NCBI GenBank assembly: GCA_036867785.1 | Contig: CP145424.1 | Span: 682,001 to 746,000, forward strand | Length of the DNA: 64,000 bases | Reading direction: 5' to 3' | DNA from: Plasmodiophora brassicae | Lineage: Eukaryota | Shown here: positions 59,565 through 64,000 of the stretch, piece by piece | How the letters are laid out: each line of letters opens with the position of its first letter | How positions within the stretch are numbered: the stretch's first letter is position 1 | Position numbers and translations under genes: made by a program | Notes under the pieces: model-generated | What the model was told of the DNA's origin: nothing | Database searches by the model: none | The model's input: only the letters and a program-made list of their open reading frames with translations

Positions 59565-60623
59565 CAGGCCTCTTTAAAGTAGGACATTGCCCTATTCGTA
59601 CTATTCTAGCTTAAATAGTACACCTTGGGACGCTTAGAATAGTACATCTAGTACATCTACAGAATTCTGTCCAATATACGCCCCAGGATCGATCTAAGCT
59701 TAGTGTTTATCAATGCAGCAGACCCTAGAGACGATTTGCCACATCCTGGATTGCGCGGTAGTGCTTGCCATACATGATTCCTTCCAGAACGAAATCTGTC
59801 ATGGCGGCGCAATAGGCATTCCGGCGATAAGGAGAAGCCGCCCTCGACCCGACTAGTGGTTGGCATCACGGGATACAGTTGTTTAGCCGTCATCCTCTGT
59901 TGCACAGTCGGGTTCAAATAAATCCAAGCTCCTGTCACCGGCAGGTTCTTCGCTTTCCGAATCGTCCTGCCTGCCGGACGGAGACATCAACACATCGCGA
60001 ACGATCACGTCGACAATGCTCTTATCGATTGTGATGATTCGTTTGCGGCCAACAACAGTGCTGCGTTTCTCAAAGAACGCCTCAACGGTAGTCTGATTGA
60101 AGAAATTCCTGAGAACTTCAGGTGTAGAGGCGTCAAGGTTAGGGAGATTGGAATATTCCATGAACTTCGTAGGGTGCTGCTCAATCATATGCTTGCGAAT
60201 ATTGTCGCTGCGAAATATATCCTTCCAATGTTTGCGATCTGCCGTTTCTTTCGCTTCCGACCATCAGCAACTTCGTCATCTGCATCCTCGCGCCCCCAGC
60301 ACTCACAAAGGCGGCACACAACAGCCTCAACAGAGCCACTGCTTTCGTCCCGTGACGTCACTCGCAATCCGAACTCAAGTTCGAACTTATCCAGGTAGGG
60401 ATATAATCGTTTCGGATGCTTACGTGGAGGACCCGACATCGCGGCGGCTATCACGGGTCAGTGGGGGTGTTAGGCCCTGCTCCGGAACAGTCCAAACAGA
60501 CGCGGGGAAGTCCGTGGGCACTTGGTAAGTCCGCCACGCACTATTTAAAATAGTACAGACAGGTGCCCTTATATTAGTACATTGTACTATTCTAACGCGA
60601 TTGTACTACTTTATAGAGGCCTG
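59565..60623 (-). mobile_element. Non-autonomous hAT-like DNA transposon with transposase remnant
   Basis: ~22-bp imperfect TIRs CAGGCCTCT(T/A)TAAAGTAG(G/T)ACA, 8-bp TSD CTCATCCA (59557-59564, 60624-60631), AT-rich ends. Frameshifted minus-strand remnant LEFGLRV..CRLC..GRE..RKRK / DNIRKHMIEQHP. Confidence 0.85.
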
Positions 60624-60764
60624 CTCATCCACGTCTGCGTGGGATAAATATAGCAACTGCCCCTCGGGCGGAGTTTCTATTTCGGCAACAGCCGCAGGAG
60701 CGTGTCAGACGCCCGAGACGGCTGCTGCTCTGCTGTGTGCGTCAGGAGCGATTACTGATTAGGT

Positions 60765-61934
60765 ATGCATGTGACGACGATCGTCGTGCTGGTAGCATGG
60801 TGGGCGATGTCGATGTCGGCGACGGTGGTCCTCGGCGGTGCCCGCACGCGGAACATCGTCCAGCGCGATCGCATGCAACGTTTCCACAAGGCGCTGCTGG
60901 ACAGCGCCGAACTTCGCCAGTGCCTTGGCGCCCACGCTGGCGTGGACGTCGTTGGGGACCCGCTGGCCAAGGGCGGGTTCGGCGTCGTCGTCAAGGCGCA
61001 TCGGGAAGGCACGCCGATTGCGCTGAAGATCATGCCGCTGCCGTCCTGGTTCTTCTTCGGCACCGACACGGCCATGTTCAACACGGAGGTTCGCGTCCTG
61101 AACGAAATGGCCAGCGACCCGTACTCAGTGCATCTGTCGTCGCCGCATCACCTGATTGGGCCGCGTACCTGCAAAGGGACGCCGTTCACCGTTGGCGTGA
61201 TGCCGTTGGAGTTCGCCCCAGGCGGCAACCTGGGCGCCTGGCTGGACTCGTCGCCGGTGATCCGAGGAAGGTTGGTCGCGTCGTCGTCGTCGTCGTTGTC
61301 GTCGTCGTCTCCAACCTGATGCAATGCTGATAGTGATAAGATGCTGTGGATTTCGGCGAACATGGCGCGGGCTGTCCAGCGCCTGCATCGTCACGGCTGG
61401 TTCCACAACGACGTCAAGCCGACGAACTTCCTGGTCGACAGCGCCGACCACATGACCCGTATCATGCTGTCTGACTATGGCACGGCGTCGGAAGGCGAAC
61501 CCGTGCACAACTGGGCGGGGCACGACCTGTTCTGCATTGCGAAATGGTTCCATGTCCTGATGTGGGACGGCACGAACACGCACGAGGTCGAACGCGTGGT
61601 TGGAGCCGAAACGTTCGACCTGCTGATGTCGTGCTATGAGGGCACGTCGTTCGACCGGAGGCGGTGCCCATGGGCCCAGTTCTACTACAGGGACTGCCGC
61701 GAATGCCACGAGGAAAGCGCCGGCATGGTCAAGCGAATCTTCCGCCTCGCTAGGGCTCGCAAAGTGGACATCAATGCCCCGTTACGAGACGTCGCCCGCA
61801 CGCGAACGATCCTGCTCGTTATGGCTATAGTCCTGATCGTTGGCGTCCTGCTCGTTGCTCCCCTCGTGTCGGCCATGATCAAACGGTACCGCCGCAATCG
61901 CGATGTCGTCGGCGCAGGGGACCCCATAACATAA
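60765..61934 (+). CDS. Signal peptide + divergent protein-kinase domain + C-terminal TM (~368 aa; intron 61271-61333)
   Basis: LAKGGFGVV, IALK, FNTE, LEFAPGGNL, FHNDVKPTNFL, LSDYG. N-terminal MHVTTIVVLVAWWAMSMSA. TM ILLVMAIVLIVGVLLVAPLV followed by KRYRRNR. Confidence 0.75.
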
Positions 61935-62067
61935 ACAAAGTCTAGACCGTGTTCCGCCACACCATGCGACGTGAACACGACACGTTCACTGGGGACGTTC
62001 ACAGCAGGGCGCAATCATGTACACATAGCAATGGTCGTTCCGGGAACCTATAGGATGACGGATGGCG

Positions 62068-62735
62068 CTAACGGCGTCGTTGTCGTTCAAGGCCATGGCG
62101 GATCGCACTGGCGGCCGCCTGGAGCAGGCGATGGGATGAGGAGAAGAGGGCGAGAGACGACAGATGATCGCTCCGGCTTTCCACGTCGAATACGAGCACG
62201 TCGACCTGGTGCAGGTCGTACAGGATGATGTCCTTGGCGCGGCGAGCATCATCGCGAGGCACGTGGACGATGAGCAGGTCCGGTCGGTCCGTCGCGTCGT
62301 CAACCACGATGTTCCGCCCGCTCAGTGCACTGAGCATGAACCCAATGTATTCGCGGGCTCGGTCGACGGCTCGACAGGTCCCGACCGCGACAGCACCGTC
62401 GCTGTAGATGGCCAGCGATTCCAGGCCCGATGCCCGCTGGATGCGCATCGCACCGACCTGTGTCGGGCCCGCCACGTACCGAGCCGCGTCCTGTGCACGG
62501 CTCCTCAGCGAGGGTGATCGTCGAGGCGTGGTTCCAAACAAGCGACCTTGTTCCCTGCGGGGAACGGGATGATGGCACGCGTCGACCCGATCGCACCCGT
62601 CCGGCTGAACTCGTCAAACAGTTTCGCCAGGAACTCGTCGGCCATCACCTTGGCCGTCGTCGGGCCGGCATGGCAACCCGGGCAGACGATGCAGACTAGC
62701 GCCAGCAGCCAGCACAGCAGTCGTTGCGCCGGCAT
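62068..62735 (-). CDS. Small secreted protein of unknown function (203 aa; intron 62491-62546)
   Basis: Signal MPAQRLLCWLLALVCIVCPGCHA. A 56-nt GT-AG intron joins two ORFs in frame. Confidence 0.6.
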
Positions 62736-62985
62736 CGTGCAACAACCGCGACTGGTTGCCCCCCTCCTGCAAACCCAAACGTTCCCCCGTTGGGAACTGC
62801 GCGCGCCGCAAGGCCACCTGTCGAGGCAGGACCTGTAGCCGAACGTAGATCACAGGGCCGCACCAGGTCGGCAGATGTATACGTCGTTGGTTGTGCGTGT
62901 GCTGAGTTTATGCGAAGAGAAACGAAGGTGGCCTGCGCCTGCCAGAATGAAGACAAAGAGAGCGATCGCAGAGTGCCCCAGGCGA

Positions 62986-63930
62986 CTATTTCGCCGAGAT
63001 CGGTGCCAGCGACGGGAACGCCGACTGGTCGTCAATGTTGACCTGCCCCGTCGTCGTCGTCGCCGGTGGCGATCGTCGCACGAACGGGCGCTCGCCCGGG
63101 CCAGCAGCACCGCCGCGTCCGCCGCGACCGCGGCCGCGTTCACCGCCACGAGACTGTCCGCGTTCGCCACCGCGGAAGGCGCCGCGCCCCGCCCCACGAG
63201 GCGCGCCACCGCCACGCCGCGCCTTGGCCGCGTCCTTCGTGAACTCGTCCAGCGACACGGTCGTCGGCTTCTTCTTCCCGGCCGCCTTCTTCGACTGCCC
63301 GCCCTTCTTCTCGTCGCCGGCGAACAGGCCCGACTCGTCCGCGTCCTCGTCGGGCAGGTCGAGCTCGCGCTCGTTGGCGTCGCGCTCGACCTTGCGAATG
63401 TTCAGCTTCTTGTCCTCCTCGACACGGAGCGCCTCCTGCGCCTTGTAGTACTCCTCCAGCGACAGCTGCTCCGGTTCCGGTTCGACTTCCGGTTCCGGCT
63501 CCTCCTTGTTCTGCTCCTGCTCAGGCGCCTCGGCGGGGACGTCCTCAGCTGCCTCAGGCGTTGCGGTCGGCTCGGCGGCGGCGGCGGCGGCAGGCTCCTG
63601 GCGCTCATCGGCGACGTCGCCCCAGTTGTGGGCGCCCTTGCCGTGGCGCTTCACGTTCGGGTCGCGACCGGTGCCCGACCGGCGATCGTACTCCCGCTTC
63701 GGTGGGCGATTGCCATGGCCCTGGCGGCGATCCGAGTGGGCGGCCTGGCCACCACGACGCTGACCCGGCCCTCCGGCCGGACGACCGCCAGCCGGCTTCT
63801 TGCTGGTCGCGGCCGTCGACGCGGCCGGCGCGGGCGCCTGCTCCTCGGCGACGTCGGCCTTCACCGGGACACTCGCCGGCTCGTCGTCGTCCAGCAGGCT
63901 GAACGCGTTGGCAACCGCGACCCCGTACAT
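62986..63930 (-). CDS. SERBP1/HABP4 (Stm1-like) RGG RNA-binding protein
   Basis: NAFSLLDD, KREYDRRSGTGR, KRHGKGAHNWG, LSLEEY, RGG tract, DDQSAFPSL. Confidence 0.88.
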   Translation of the reverse strand: MYGVAVANAFSLLDDDEPASVPVKADVAEEQAPAPAASTAATSKKPAGGRPAGGPGQRRGGQAAHSDRRQGHGNRPPKREYDRRSGTGRDPNVKRHGKGAHNWGDVADERQEPAAAAAAEPTATPEAAEDVPAEAPEQEQNKEEPEPEVEPEPEQLSLEEYYKAQEALRVEEDKKLNIRKVERDANERELDLPDEDADESGLFAGDEKKGGQSKKAAGKKKPTTVSLDEFTKDAAKARRGGGAPRGAGRGAFRGGERGQSRGGERGRGRGGRGGAAGPGERPFVRRSPPATTTTGQVNIDDQSAFPSLAPISAK

Positions 63931-64000
63931 GGACGGCATTGCGTCAGGCGGCGGCGTCTCAACCACACAGCAGTGAAACGAGCGCTCGCGCGTTATGGAG

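Overview
Gene-dense, GC-rich eukaryotic DNA with many short (~55-65 nt) GT-AG introns and head-to-head gene pairs. The style suggests a compact protist genome such as a plasmodiophorid/phytomyxid, but this is inference only. Recognisable housekeeping genes: phosphoglycerate dehydrogenase, an AGC-type kinase, XLF/NHEJ1-like, kinesin-5, cytosolic IleRS, NIT1-like nitrilase, Rab1, PP4R4-like HEAT protein, TruA-family pseudouridine synthase, TMEM234 and SERBP1/HABP4. There are also a U-box/vWA/Hint(Vint) protein, a CCT-motif protein, a MYCBPAP-RCC1 fusion, a tandemly duplicated secreted-membrane gene family and several secreted or surface proteins. The highlight is a recently inserted LTR retrotransposon (44226-54800) with identical 168-bp LTRs and a 5-bp TSD (AAACG). 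It appears chimeric: a Ty3/gypsy-type gag, -1 frameshift and protease are joined in one ORF to Ty1/copia-type integrase-RT-RNaseH. It also has non-canonical AAT...ATT termini and a copia-like half-tRNA(iMet) primer site. Nested in its RT is an intact chromovirus (47758-53294) with 87-bp LTRs, TSD GTCCG and a Tf1-like self-priming PBS. A non-autonomous hAT-like element (59565-60623, 8-bp TSD) lies downstream. Exon boundaries were read by eye and domain calls come from motif recognition, not database searches.
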